A stretch of 64,000 nt of DNA, from contig OY969926.1 of assembly GCA_963704645.1 (NCBI GenBank), positions 736,001 through 800,000 of the forward strand. Direction: 5' to 3'. The position numbers and the translations under genes were made by a program. The DNA is from an uncultured bacterium. Lineage in GTDB: Bacteria > Patescibacteriota > JACMRA01. Positions 1 to 9,515 of the stretch are shown here, one piece after another (the stretch's first letter is position 1; every line of letters begins with the position of its first letter). The notes beneath the pieces are model-generated. The model had not been told where the DNA came from. It saw nothing but the letters and a program-made list of their open reading frames with translations, and did not search any database.

Positions 1-1
1 T

Positions 2-916
2 AATGCGGAAGAATATTGGAATGCAAAAGATCAAATTTTCCTGTATAACAATTCTTTTTTGGTGGCTAACCAGCAAATTCAGGAAGTTAGTAAAAGTAGT
101 TTGCCAAACTCCAAAATTTTAATTTCTTCCTTAGAAGCAACTGAATCTGTTCAAAAACTTCAGTTTAAGCTTCCTGGAGAGCACAATAAAATTAATTTAG
201 CTTTAGCTTTGGCAATTGTTTCTAATGCTGTTAATTCCAATAATAAAAATTTGGATGACGTAAAAAGATGGGTGAGCCAGAACATAGATTTGCTAAATTC
301 AATTTTGCCTAATTTCCAAGGATTGCCTCATAGATATGAAAAAGTAAGAGAGGTAAACCTAAAAATAGATATTTTAGAAAAACCAAAAAATTTAAATATT
401 ATTTTTGTTGATGATGGCTACGCAACAGAACCAGACGCTGTGGCTGCTGCTATAAAATCTGTTCCTTCAACTTTTGGTAACTTTCTATGGCTATGGCTGG
501 CTGGGGTAGATAAAGGCTCAGGTTTAAAATCTATTGTAGACGCTATTTTTGAAAAACAATTGCACTCTGAATTATATAGTGTAGAATATTGTGGAGCTGT
601 AGGAAAAAGAGTTTTAACAGAACTGTATCACTCCGTGGGTTCACATCAGGAAATAGATGCTATAAAGTTTAGAGATAGTGTGGCACAGTTAACTGGGAAT
701 TTAGATGAAATAGAAAATAACTTTAAAAATTGGTTGAACGATTTAATTGAAGAGCTAAAACAAACAGAACAAGATGAAGTATTAACCGAGCTAGAAAACT
801 TGGAAGAAATTAATTTACATATAGTATTTTCACCAGGCGGCTCCTCTTTTGATGAATTTAAAAATGTAGGCCAGAGGGCAGAATGGTGGGTACAGTGGGT
901 TAGGGGGTTGAAGTAG
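2..916 (+). CDS. murD: UDP-N-acetylmuramoyl-L-alanine--D-glutamate ligase, C-terminal part (truncated by window start)
   Basis: Frame is open from position 2 (NAEEYWNAKDQIF). MurD motifs: PGEHNKIN, FQGLPHRYE, DDGYAT, LAGVDKG, FSPGGSSFDEFKN..QR. Confidence 0.85.
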   Translation, partial: NAEEYWNAKDQIFLYNNSFLVANQQIQEVSKSSLPNSKILISSLEATESVQKLQFKLPGEHNKINLALALAIVSNAVNSNNKNLDDVKRWVSQNIDLLNSILPNFQGLPHRYEKVREVNLKIDILEKPKNLNIIFVDDGYATEPDAVAAAIKSVPSTFGNFLWLWLAGVDKGSGLKSIVDAIFEKQLHSELYSVEYCGAVGKRVLTELYHSVGSHQEIDAIKFRDSVAQLTGNLDEIENNFKNWLNDLIEELKQTEQDEVLTELENLEEINLHIVFSPGGSSFDEFKNVGQRAEWWVQWVRGLK

Positions 917-1060
917 GAAGTTTTAGCAACCTTTATATCTAAGCCCAGGAAGCTGACCTTTTGAGGTTGGCTGCTTTTAAATTTCAGACAATTAAGTTTT
1001 CAACAGCAAAATCTTGGAAGAAAAAAAGCCTCAAGGATTACTTGAAGGCTCTTTTGAATA

Positions 1061-1523
1061 TTAATTTAAAGTATATTCAATATTAATGTGTTCAGGTGAA
1101 AAAGTTTTAACAAAACCGAATTGTACTTCAATTAAAGTGTTTGCAACCTCCATATCTTTTTCAAGGTCAAAAGTGTAATCATTATTAATTTCTTTAAAGA
1201 GATCTGCAATAGTAATTTTAACTGCTGAAGCATATCGGCTAATAACTACAATTTTCATCGTAAAGCCTGCCTCATATTCACCGCTAAAGATAATTTTTAC
1301 ACAGCCTTGTTCAATATTTTCCAAACTCCAAATGCTAAATTGCCAAACCATTTCGGTAAATCTTCTAATAATCACTACAACGTTCTAAATAGATATCTTC
1401 ATATGGAAATGAATCTTGAAGGTAAAAATTTTTCTCATCTCTCGACAAGTAGGGAATCACTACAACTGTATTTTTGTTAAAAATTGGATTGCCTTGTTCA
1501 AAAATTTTTTGTAAGGTTTGCAT
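1061..1523 (-). pseudogene. Frameshifted paralog of the orphan gene at 4258-4734
   Basis: ATG at 1523 gives MQTLQKIFEQG...YLQDSFPYEDIYLERC, matching MTTLQKIFNEG...YLKDTFPFQNIYLEKC. The frame shifts near 1376 (about 11 bp missing) and similarity resumes as IIRRFTEMVWQFSIWSL vs MIRNFTETFWLFTIWSL. Confidence 0.8.
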
Positions 1524-1619
1524 CTATTTCTCCATCAAATAAATTTTCAACATTTCTGTCTTTTTTAATGAAAGCACAAAGTTTAAGAAAGGTCAATCTT
1601 TCACACAAAATTATAATTA

Positions 1620-1715
1620 GACTAAAAAATTTTTTAAAAACAAAACTCACCCCGTTAAGGGTGATTAATGATGGCTCCGAACAGCGGACTTACTTCGAAC
1701 TTTTGACTGGAGTGA
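1620..1715 (-). repeat. Decayed duplicate of the tRNA-Asn 3' half plus its terminator
   Basis: aaaacaaaactcaccccgttaagggtgattaatgatggctccgaa is near-identical to 2450-2495. It is followed by degenerate T-arm sequence (ggact..tcgaac..gactgg). Confidence 0.8.
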
Positions 1716-1802
1716 ATTTGAGTTTTCTGGGAAGTTAAGTTTTGTTTAGGGGAAAATTTGGCAAGAAAAAAAGCCCCAAGAGTAGTAGGGGGCTTCTTTG
1801 GA

Positions 1803-2339
1803 TTAGTATTCTACATTGGCGAAGACTCTTTCTACAAAATCAGGTAGTGTATCTGCACTACTAATTGTTGAATAATTATGGACAACAGTCTGTCTAACCC
1901 TAGTCTGCAAATGGTGAAACTCAAAATTAAATTTAGCTTCATCTATAAAAGTTACATGAATGCTTACTTTTGCAATATAGTTTGTTGACAGGATGTGACA
2001 AAACAAAGTGCCATCAGTTTCGACTCCGACAAAGAAAGCAAATAGAACGCCTTCATAATTTTGTGAAAAAAACTGGCCTATAAGCATCTTGTCCAAAGAA
2101 GTACAGGCTTTATGACAATACAAACGACCTCCACAGAATGTTTCTATTACGTACTTACCATTTTTGTAAGTACCATCATAAAAACTGATTTCGCCTGAAT
2201 TAGCTTTAGCATGAAAATTTTGATTAATTATATATTCCCATCGTCCATTAACTAATTCATGCCAACTATCGTTGCTGTAAGCAACAAGATGACTAGCCAA
2301 ATGGGTCTCATAAAGCAACCAAGAGTAAAGCCTGCTCAT
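1803..2339 (-). CDS. Hypothetical protein (orphan cassette gene B; probable start ATG 2339)
   Basis: ORF 1803..2426. A GGAGG RBS precedes ATG 2339, which lies 75 nt from the shared TTGACC leader. Confidence 0.65.
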   Translation of the reverse strand: MSRLYSWLLYETHLASHLVAYSNDSWHELVNGRWEYIINQNFHAKANSGEISFYDGTYKNGKYVIETFCGGRLYCHKACTSLDKMLIGQFFSQNYEGVLFAFFVGVETDGTLFCHILSTNYIAKVSIHVTFIDEAKFNFEFHHLQTRVRQTVVHNYSTISSADTLPDFVERVFANVEY

Positions 2340-2485
2340 TAAAATCTTCCTCCAAAATAAATTTTCAGCATTACTTTCCTCTTTCATAAACGCATAAAAA
2401 TTTGTTAAGGTCAAACTCCAATTCAAATTTCATTGAACTAAAAAATTTTAAAACAAAACTCACCCCGTTAAAGGGTGATTAATGA

Positions 2486-2561
2486 TGGCTCCGAAGACAG
2501 GACTCGAACCTGTGACCTGGTGATTAACAGTCACTCGCTCTACCAACTGAGCTACTTCGGA
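2486..2561 (-). tRNA. tRNA-Asn (GTT)
   Basis: TCCGAAG...GTGAC-T-GTT-AA-TCAC...GGTTCGAGTCC...CTTCGGA-G-CCA cloverleaf, 76 nt. Confidence 0.97.
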
Positions 2562-2571
2562 ATGCCTTTAA

Positions 2572-2600
2572 TTTATAAAAATTTCTAGGGTTTTAGTCAA
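2572..2600 (-). promoter_or_regulatory. Sigma70-type promoter of tRNA-Asn
   Basis: TTGACT-17-TATAAA immediately upstream of the tRNA. Confidence 0.7.
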
Positions 2601-2664
2601 GTTAAAGGGTTTTTCTGCAGCTCTGAATCTAATTTATTTTGGAATAAGCTATTCAGAAACTAGC

Positions 2665-3414
2665 TTAATTTAAATACAAATAGTCTAAAATACCGTCTGA
2701 AAACCTGCTAATTTCCGCTAAATCTGGGTATCTTACGGTTTGATTGTAGACTTTAATTAAATAGTAATTATCTGCAGTTAAAGCCGTATAAATTTCATCA
2801 GACTGAACGTTGGGATTGGAATATTTAGTTAGCTTAATATCTTTAGGAAGAGTAATGCTGGTTTCTTGCTGCACCCAACCAGAGCCTAGTTTTTGAATAA
2901 CAGTTTTGTTATAATCTTCCGAAGTTAATTTATTGTCGTACTCGCTAACCACAATTTCTAAACCAGAAATTAATTCCCTGTTGTCTCGGTTTATTCTTGC
3001 CACATACCTTGTTGCGGAAGCAATTTTATTTGGAATGAACTCGAAAGGAACACTGCGTCTGTCTAATTTAAAAGCGTCTGGGGCAGGAGTTTTTAAAACC
3101 AAACTAAAACCGTCTGCACCTATAATTACTTTGTCATCACTTTCTTTTACGCCGGCAACCTGTTGATTTTTAAGAGCAGCAATTTGTTTTTCGGTGTTTT
3201 GTTTTTGGTATAAAGTAAATACACCAAGACCAATAACGCTAAGCATTAATACAGAAACTAAAAGCCACAGCTGGTTAGAAGCAGGGTTAGGTTTACTTTC
3301 TAGTTTATATTTTAAAGCCTCTTCTTGGTTATTTAAAAAACTATCAAAGTTGGAATTTTGAGCTTCCACGGCTTGTTTAAAATCAATATCAGGATTAGCT
3401 GAAGTGTTGGTCAT
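2665..3414 (-). CDS. Single-pass membrane protein with extracellular domain
   Basis: 249-aa ORF with one TM helix (LWLLVSVLMLSVIGLGVFTLY) and a QVAGV motif after the TM. Confidence 0.75.
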   Translation of the reverse strand: MTNTSANPDIDFKQAVEAQNSNFDSFLNNQEEALKYKLESKPNPASNQLWLLVSVLMLSVIGLGVFTLYQKQNTEKQIAALKNQQVAGVKESDDKVIIGADGFSLVLKTPAPDAFKLDRRSVPFEFIPNKIASATRYVARINRDNRELISGLEIVVSEYDNKLTSEDYNKTVIQKLGSGWVQQETSITLPKDIKLTKYSNPNVQSDEIYTALTADNYYLIKVYNQTVRYPDLAEISRFSDGILDYLYLN

Positions 3415-3613
3415 AATACTTATAAATTAGCTTTCAGGGTAGTTTTGTCAATTGCTTTAAGTCTTTTACGCTTTTTCTATAAAATTAGTAATATAGATAG
3501 GTTTGAATTTGTATATTTCTTAATAGAAAATAAATTATTGACCTAAGCAAAAATATATTCACCAATAAAAACAGTTGGAAATGTTGGAATTATATTAAAG
3601 GAAATCTTGAAAA

Positions 3614-4090
3614 ATGACTGATTTAGAAGATATTTTTAATGCAGGAAGCGAAGTATATGTACCTGGAAAAAAATTAGATAATGTAAAAATTGTTAGCTTA
3701 GTTCAATTTGATAATTTTCAGAATATCCAACCAATAGCTAACTCTGAGTTTGTTTACTTAATAAAACAAAGCAATTGTTGGGTTCTGGCTAATAAGTTTC
3801 AGTATAAAGATTGGAGTTTTCAATTTCTAGACAATGATAATTTACTTATAGGAAGAATTAGGGTTGCATTTAATGGCAGCCAAATGACTGTTTCTAAATT
3901 CTCATGTCTTCAAGATTACCCTATTATGTTAAATCTTATAATAAAAAAGGGTATGCCACATAGTTATAGAAATTTTGTTTTGCCTGTTTATCAAGATAGT
4001 ATAGTGCAAGAAATAGCTGATAGCGATAATCTAAAAAACACTTTAGGTATTCAACATTTTGAATTGTCACTTTCAGTTGGCGATAATTAG
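3614..4090 (+). CDS. Hypothetical protein (orphan cassette gene C), distant paralog of 4258-4734
   Basis: 158-aa ORF. MTDLEDIFNAG vs MTTLQKIFNEG, and a shared W.F.....G.I.I.F.G pattern. Shares the leader and terminator. Confidence 0.7.
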   Translation: MTDLEDIFNAGSEVYVPGKKLDNVKIVSLVQFDNFQNIQPIANSEFVYLIKQSNCWVLANKFQYKDWSFQFLDNDNLLIGRIRVAFNGSQMTVSKFSCLQDYPIMLNLIIKKGMPHSYRNFVLPVYQDSIVQEIADSDNLKNTLGIQHFELSLSVGDN

Positions 4091-4257
4091 TTAAATTGTA
4101 AGATCAAGCTCTAGTAATTCTAAGAGCTTTTTTTCTTGCCAAATTTTCTCTGTATAAAGCAAATTTATAACTAAATCCAACATTGACTTTAACTAAATTT
4201 TATGTTTTTATAAAAGAAGACGGAAACATTGAAATTATACCTAGGATAAATAGAGAA

Positions 4258-4734
4258 ATGACAACTCTACAAAAAATTTTTAACGAAGGTCTATCGACTG
4301 AATTAAAAAATGACTGTGTGGTGATTCCTAAACTGTCCGCAGAGGAGAAAATTATCTACCTTAAAGATACATTTCCTTTTCAAAACATATATTTAGAGAA
4401 GTGCGAAACTTCTTTCTTAATGATCAGAAATTTCACTGAAACTTTTTGGTTGTTTACAATTTGGAGCCTAGATAGTGTTCATCTGGGGTCAGTTCAGATT
4501 AGTTTTCAGGGTGATTATGAAAGTGGTCTAAAAATGAAAATTATTTCTAAGAGTGAAAACGATTCCACAATTAGAATTTCTATAACTGATACACTAAATA
4601 ATAACTCAAACATTGATTTCATTGTTGATCTTGAAAAAGATGTTGAATCTATTGAACCTTTGCTTGAATTAACCTGGGCTTTTCATACTCTTTTCTCTCC
4701 TGCAAACGTTGACATTGCTTTGACCTTAAAATAA
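4258..4734 (+). CDS. Hypothetical protein (orphan cassette gene D; probable start ATG 4258)
   Basis: In ORF 4183..4734 the TTG at 4183 is the -35 box of the shared leader. ATG 4258 aligns with the paralog starts. Confidence 0.75.
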   Translation: MTTLQKIFNEGLSTELKNDCVVIPKLSAEEKIIYLKDTFPFQNIYLEKCETSFLMIRNFTETFWLFTIWSLDSVHLGSVQISFQGDYESGLKMKIISKSENDSTIRISITDTLNNNSNIDFIVDLEKDVESIEPLLELTWAFHTLFSPANVDIALTLK

Positions 4735-4811
4735 TTCTCCAAAAAAGTCCCATGTTTATGCTTGGGGCTTTTTTTCTTGCCAAATTTTGGTGTAGCACCT
4801 AGCTTTTAAAC

Positions 4812-6077
4812 ATGTCTTTCCAATATGATTTTGAAACTTTAAAACAGGCTATTTTGTTTAATACAGTGGAAGTTTTGCCAACTGAAGAAGCTCAGCTAGA
4901 TAGTGAAATTAAGGTTCTTGTTGAAGAAGCTAATAAATCTGGGCAGGTTATTAAGCATTATATTGGTTACGAAATTTCAGGAATTTTGCATTTTGGAAAT
5001 AATACTTATCAAATGTTGAAAGTGGCTAAGTTGCAGCAGGCAGGTGTACAATGCATGGTTTGGCTGGCAGATTATCATACTAAAATTAACAAAAAATTAG
5101 ATGGAAAAATGAGTACAATTAACAAAGTTGCTCATGAATATTTTGAACCAGTTATAAGAAAAGCTGTAGATATTTGTGGCGGAGATGGCTCCAAATTAGT
5201 AGTTTTGTATGCTAAAGACGAATATTTTAGAAAAAATGAAAACGATTTAAGCTTTTGGGATTTTGAATTTGAAGCTGAAGAGCATTTGTCGGTTAACCGT
5301 GTTCTGCGCTCCCTTTCTATTGCTGGTAAAGAGGCTGGTAGCGAAAGTGATTACAAATTAACCCGTTACCCTGGTATGCAAGCTGCGGATGTTTTTTGGC
5401 ATCAAACCCACTTGGTCCAATCGGGCTTAGATCAGCGTAAAATTTACGTTTCTTGTAGAGACATGGCTGAAAAGCTTGGTCCTGAGTTCCAGTTAAAAAT
5501 TGGTGAAAAAAGTGTGAAGCCAATTACAATGTTCACTAAACTTTTGCTAGGAATGTTGCCTCCGCAAGTTGCCACAACAGGAAGTACTCAGGAAGCTGTT
5601 TCTAAAATGTCTAAGTCAAGACCAGATTCAGCAATTTTTGAACACGATTCAGCAGAAGAAATTTCTAGGAAATTAAAGAAAGCTTATTGCCCAATGCCTA
5701 CTTATTATTTCCCAGGAAGCAGTGAAAGTATATCATTTGAATTTAATGGGGCAAACATCGATACAACTAAGGGCGAGACTTCTGCCAAGCTGAAAGAGCA
5801 AATGGTACAAGCTACTAATCCACTTCTTAACTGGTGTGAAAACTTAATTTTCCCTGCTGGCAAAACCGTTCAAATTAACCGTCCAGAAAAGTTCGGTGGT
5901 AACAAAACTTATACTCAATTCAACGAAATTTACACAGATTATTTAGAAGGAAATTTACATCCCTTAGATTTAAAAAACGGTGTAGCAATAACTTTGGCCG
6001 AATGGTTTGCTCCAATAAGAACTTGGGTAGAACAAAACCCTGAAGGGCTGGAGATTATTAAGAAGGTTAGGGGGTAG
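4812..6077 (+). CDS. tyrS: Tyrosine--tRNA ligase, archaeal/eukaryotic type
   Basis: GYEISGILHFG (HIGH-like), LADYH, YPGMQAAD, GLDQRK, KMSKS.PDSAIF, KKAYCP, LHPLDLKN. No bacterial C-terminal S4 domain. Confidence 0.92.
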   Translation: MSFQYDFETLKQAILFNTVEVLPTEEAQLDSEIKVLVEEANKSGQVIKHYIGYEISGILHFGNNTYQMLKVAKLQQAGVQCMVWLADYHTKINKKLDGKMSTINKVAHEYFEPVIRKAVDICGGDGSKLVVLYAKDEYFRKNENDLSFWDFEFEAEEHLSVNRVLRSLSIAGKEAGSESDYKLTRYPGMQAADVFWHQTHLVQSGLDQRKIYVSCRDMAEKLGPEFQLKIGEKSVKPITMFTKLLLGMLPPQVATTGSTQEAVSKMSKSRPDSAIFEHDSAEEISRKLKKAYCPMPTYYFPGSSESISFEFNGANIDTTKGETSAKLKEQMVQATNPLLNWCENLIFPAGKTVQINRPEKFGGNKTYTQFNEIYTDYLEGNLHPLDLKNGVAITLAEWFAPIRTWVEQNPEGLEIIKKVRG

Positions 6078-6092
6078 TAAAATTATTTACTT

Positions 6093-7058
6093 ATGACCTA
6101 TCCATTACAAAATATACATGAATTTATTGAAAGCAGAATAGATAACCCTATAAAAGTTAGTTTCGGAGAACTCTATAAGTTAAATATAGAAATTGCTAAT
6201 ATTATTAATATAATTAGAGATAATTTTGATTATTATAACGGCTATACATCGCAGATAGAAATGAAAGGTAATGTGTTTAAAGTTGCTCAAGAGTTAAGTA
6301 GTGAGTACAATCAACTAATTGAAGATTTCACAAAAGAAGAACCATGGTTTGATATAAATACATATGGTAGAGGCTATAATAGCGTTAATCCTAAAATTTC
6401 GTCATTTATCGAAAAATTTATTGTGTTTAGAGACAAGTTAATTCTTAGTCCAGTATATCCTCATGTAATAGGCATAGTACTAGCTAATAACCATTCTAAT
6501 TTAGAAACCAAAATAGAGACAACGCTAAGAGAAGTTGAAAAAAAACTAGAAAGTGCTAACAAAATTCTTAATCAGTCAATAAACAAGGAATATTCTACCT
6601 ATTTTGAGAAATATAGTAATCTTCAAAGAAACTGGTCTTTTGGATGGCTACTATTTATACTTATCTTGATAGTCTTGGTTATACTTGCTTTGTTTTCCTT
6701 CCTTCCTTTAAACCATTATCCACAAAATATTACAGAAAACAATGCTTTGATTGCGTATCTGTTACCTAGAATATCCATTGGTTTTACTTTGTTTTATATT
6801 TTATTTTTTGCAGTAAAAAACTATCGATCATTAAAACATATGCAATCAATCTATGCTCAAAAATCTAAATCAATTAGCACATACAAAGATTATATCTCCA
6901 CAATTGAAGATAAAGAAATAAGAGACACAGTTAGAAAAGAAGTTGCTAAAACTATTTTTGAAATTCATGAGACTGGTTATATAAAAGAAAACAAAGATAA
7001 AGACAATTTGGAAAATTTGAACATTGCTGATATTATTAGGGCGGCAAAGTCATCCTAA
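6093..7058 (+). CDS. Hypothetical membrane protein (coiled coil plus 2 TM helices)
   Basis: 321-aa ORF with a heptad-rich segment followed by two hydrophobic helices. Confidence 0.75.
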   Translation: MTYPLQNIHEFIESRIDNPIKVSFGELYKLNIEIANIINIIRDNFDYYNGYTSQIEMKGNVFKVAQELSSEYNQLIEDFTKEEPWFDINTYGRGYNSVNPKISSFIEKFIVFRDKLILSPVYPHVIGIVLANNHSNLETKIETTLREVEKKLESANKILNQSINKEYSTYFEKYSNLQRNWSFGWLLFILILIVLVILALFSFLPLNHYPQNITENNALIAYLLPRISIGFTLFYILFFAVKNYRSLKHMQSIYAQKSKSISTYKDYISTIEDKEIRDTVRKEVAKTIFEIHETGYIKENKDKDNLENLNIADIIRAAKSS

Positions 7059-7076
7059 TTACTAAACCTTTTTCTT

Positions 7077-7367
7077 TTAATTAACGTTTCTTAACACTGT
7101 AATTACGGTGAACCCTAAAATACATAAAACAAACACTAACACTGAAACAGCTGTGGAAATCCAAGCGTACTTAGCAGCCTTACTTTTGTTGGCGGAAAAT
7201 ATTATTCCAATTATTAAACTGATAAATGTGGCTACTATGCTTATTGCGGCAACTATAAAAATTAAGAAGCTTATCACGTTTCCGGTTAAGCCTGCAATAT
7301 CATTTTTTGGTTGAATTGTTTCCAGTTGAATTGATGGTGCTAAACTTGGGTTATTGTTTTGGTTCAT
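7077..7367 (-). CDS. Small 2-TM membrane protein
   Basis: 96-aa ORF with two hydrophobic helices separated by a basic loop (resembles VirB2/TrbC-like pilin topology; inference). Confidence 0.65.
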   Translation of the reverse strand: MNQNNNPSLAPSIQLETIQPKNDIAGLTGNVISFLIFIVAAISIVATFISLIIGIIFSANKSKAAKYAWISTAVSVLVFVLCILGFTVITVLRNVN

Positions 7368-7513
7368 ATTTTTAAGTATAAAGAATTTGTAGACTTTGTA
7401 CAGTTTATTTTTAACTAAAATGATAGGTTATACTTAATAGATTAATATTTTTAATTACTTTACAACTCAAAAAATATTGCTTCTGTTTATAAAGTACTTT
7501 TTGAGTTACATTT

Positions 7514-8038
7514 ATGACTTTGGATCGGTGCTATGTTTTATCTGCTGGAAGACAGGTTGAGTTGGAGCCTTTTTTTCAACAAATTGCTGGTGTTTGGGAT
7601 TGTGTTTCTACCCAGTATTTAAAAAGACCAAATTCCAACTTAGAAATTCAACTAGACTTCTGTAAAATCTTGCTCCATCAAGAAAATTATTACGGTATTC
7701 AGGTGTTTTTGTACTATGCCGATGGTAGAATTGATCGATCTAGTATTGATTTGCTTAATGGCAAATTTTACGATGATTGCTCTTTACCTGACAGATATGA
7801 TGACAATGGTTATAGGCACTTTGATTGTAGGATTGGTGATATTGATTGGTTTGAGTATTTTGGTAATATATTTCGCTTTTCAGTAACGCAGTCAGACTTG
7901 TCACAAAACACCAAAAGGACATGTGAGTTTTGTATTCAGCTGATGAATAATCAGTTAACTATAAGTTGCAATTACATTGTTGAATGTACTGAAACAAAAT
8001 TATTCACTTTTTTCTTAAAACCAAAAGAAAATTTTTAA
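7514..8038 (+). CDS. Hypothetical protein
   Basis: 174-aa ORF, Cys/aromatic-rich, followed by a terminator. Confidence 0.65.
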   Translation: MTLDRCYVLSAGRQVELEPFFQQIAGVWDCVSTQYLKRPNSNLEIQLDFCKILLHQENYYGIQVFLYYADGRIDRSSIDLLNGKFYDDCSLPDRYDDNGYRHFDCRIGDIDWFEYFGNIFRFSVTQSDLSQNTKRTCEFCIQLMNNQLTISCNYIVECTETKLFTFFLKPKENF

Positions 8039-8043
8039 ACATA

Positions 8044-8070
8044 TTCCCCGCCTTCGGGGATTTATTTTTT
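8044..8070 (+). terminator. Rho-independent terminator
   Basis: TCCCCG-ccTT-CGGGGA hairpin plus T tract between convergent genes. Confidence 0.7.
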
Positions 8071-8080
8071 AGTAAAATTC

Positions 8081-8416
8081 CTACATCCAGCTACCAATTC
8101 CACCTTGTAAGTTATAAATATTTTTAAAGCCCAACTGGTCTAAAATTTGGCAAGCTGCGCTGCTTCTCCCTCCAGATCTACAATATACTAAGATTGTTTT
8201 ATCTAAGTTTAATTCTTTAATTCTAGCTTCAAAATATTGGTCTTGAACATTAATATTAATAGCATTTTGGTCTATTTTGCTATCTGCAAATTCTGCTGGA
8301 GTGCGTACATCTAAAATTACCAATTGGCTATCATTTTTATGTTTTAAAATAAGATCTTTAGCTTCTTTTGAAGTTATAGTTTTATAGTTTTTTTGTTGGT
8401 TTAGAAAGTTTAACAT
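8081..8416 (-). CDS. Rhodanese-like domain protein
   Basis: ILDVRTPAEF, LVYCRSGGRS and NLQGGI motifs. Confidence 0.92.
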   Translation of the reverse strand: MLNFLNQQKNYKTITSKEAKDLILKHKNDSQLVILDVRTPAEFADSKIDQNAININVQDQYFEARIKELNLDKTILVYCRSGGRSSAACQILDQLGFKNIYNLQGGIGSWM

Positions 8417-8453
8417 ATAGTTTATTTTATTTATTGAAATTGATGAATGACTT

Positions 8454-9068
8454 TTATTTGTTAAATTGTAGCTTAGAAAGACCTAAAACCTCGCCTGCTT
8501 TATCTGGACATTCGTTTTGAATACAATAATTTACTCTTTCTTTAATTTTGCCACCAGTGCTTTCTTCATCGTCAAAACCTTCTATAACCTCATCGCCAAT
8601 TACAATGTAAGGAACACCTTTGGCCTCTACGCCTAAAGCATCGGCAACCTTTTTTTGCTTGGCCTGGTTTTGGGTATCGTACCAAACTTCATAGTCGTAA
8701 ACCTCTAATTCTTTAAGTTCCCTGTCTAAATTTTTTAAGAATGGTGCAGCCTTTGCACAGTGAGGACAGCCATTTCCCCAAAATTCGTACAACCTAACTT
8801 TGGCTGCTGGGTCTACTACTCGATCTTCAATTTTAACTTTAGGTTTTAAAGAATTATAAACAAAGAAGCTGGCAAAAACTACTACAACTAGAATGATTAT
8901 CCATTCAAACAGACGTAGACTTTTCACAAATTTTACTAGTCCGTTTTCTTCCTTTTTACTATCTTTATAAATTAAGTTTTCATCGGCAGTTGTGTTTGTT
9001 TCTTCAGAAGAATCTAGCTGTTTTTTTTCTTTACTATCTTCTTGAATAATTTTATTATTTTTGGTCAT
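8454..9068 (-). CDS. Membrane-anchored thioredoxin/glutaredoxin-like protein
   Basis: TM helix, then FWGNGCPHC and the cis-Pro motif GVPYIVIGD. Confidence 0.88.
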   Translation of the reverse strand: MTKNNKIIQEDSKEKKQLDSSEETNTTADENLIYKDSKKEENGLVKFVKSLRLFEWIIILVVVVFASFFVYNSLKPKVKIEDRVVDPAAKVRLYEFWGNGCPHCAKAAPFLKNLDRELKELEVYDYEVWYDTQNQAKQKKVADALGVEAKGVPYIVIGDEVIEGFDDEESTGGKIKERVNYCIQNECPDKAGEVLGLSKLQFNK

Positions 9069-9112
9069 ATTAATGTGATATTGGGTTGATATGTTGTTGA
9101 ATTTGTTGGGTT

Positions 9113-9490
9113 TTATTTCTTAAATATACTTGCTAAATTAGAAATAAAATTCTGTTTGGGTTGGTTAAATTTAAAGCTTGGGCTAGACCTATTATTTACT
9201 TCTAAATGTTTATCAATAATTTCAATTAACTCAGCTCTATTTTTTTCACCTTTAATTCTATTATATTCTTGCCCAGATTCATCTAAAAATATCATTATAG
9301 GTAGCACTGTTTGATTGTTTACTTTGTATTTCTCCATAAAGTTTATATTGTCCTTCCCTTGGCTATCTACGTCAATTTCCATAAAACTAATTTCAGTATC
9401 AAAATTTTTGTAATCTTTTACCAAAGAGTAAAAAGCTTTGTTGGTTAGCAAGCAACTGCTGCACCACCTTGCTGTAAATTTTATAATCAT
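9113..9490 (-). CDS. Thioredoxin family protein
   Basis: KFTARWCSSC active site and LPIMIFLD..G.E. Confidence 0.88.
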   Translation of the reverse strand: MIIKFTARWCSSCLLTNKAFYSLVKDYKNFDTEISFMEIDVDSQGKDNINFMEKYKVNNQTVLPIMIFLDESGQEYNRIKGEKNRAELIEIIDKHLEVNNRSSPSFKFNQPKQNFISNLASIFKK

Positions 9491-9515
9491 ATGTTTTTAA
9501 ATTGTTTTTAATATT

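Noticed and set aside
1484-1738. 84-aa plus-strand ORF
   Set aside because: Antisense to the pseudogene start, its leader and the decayed tRNA copy.
1005-4790. Integron cassette array
   Set aside because: Genes lie on both strands and carry their own promoters. I see no attC (RYYYAAC...GTTRRRY) structure or intI.
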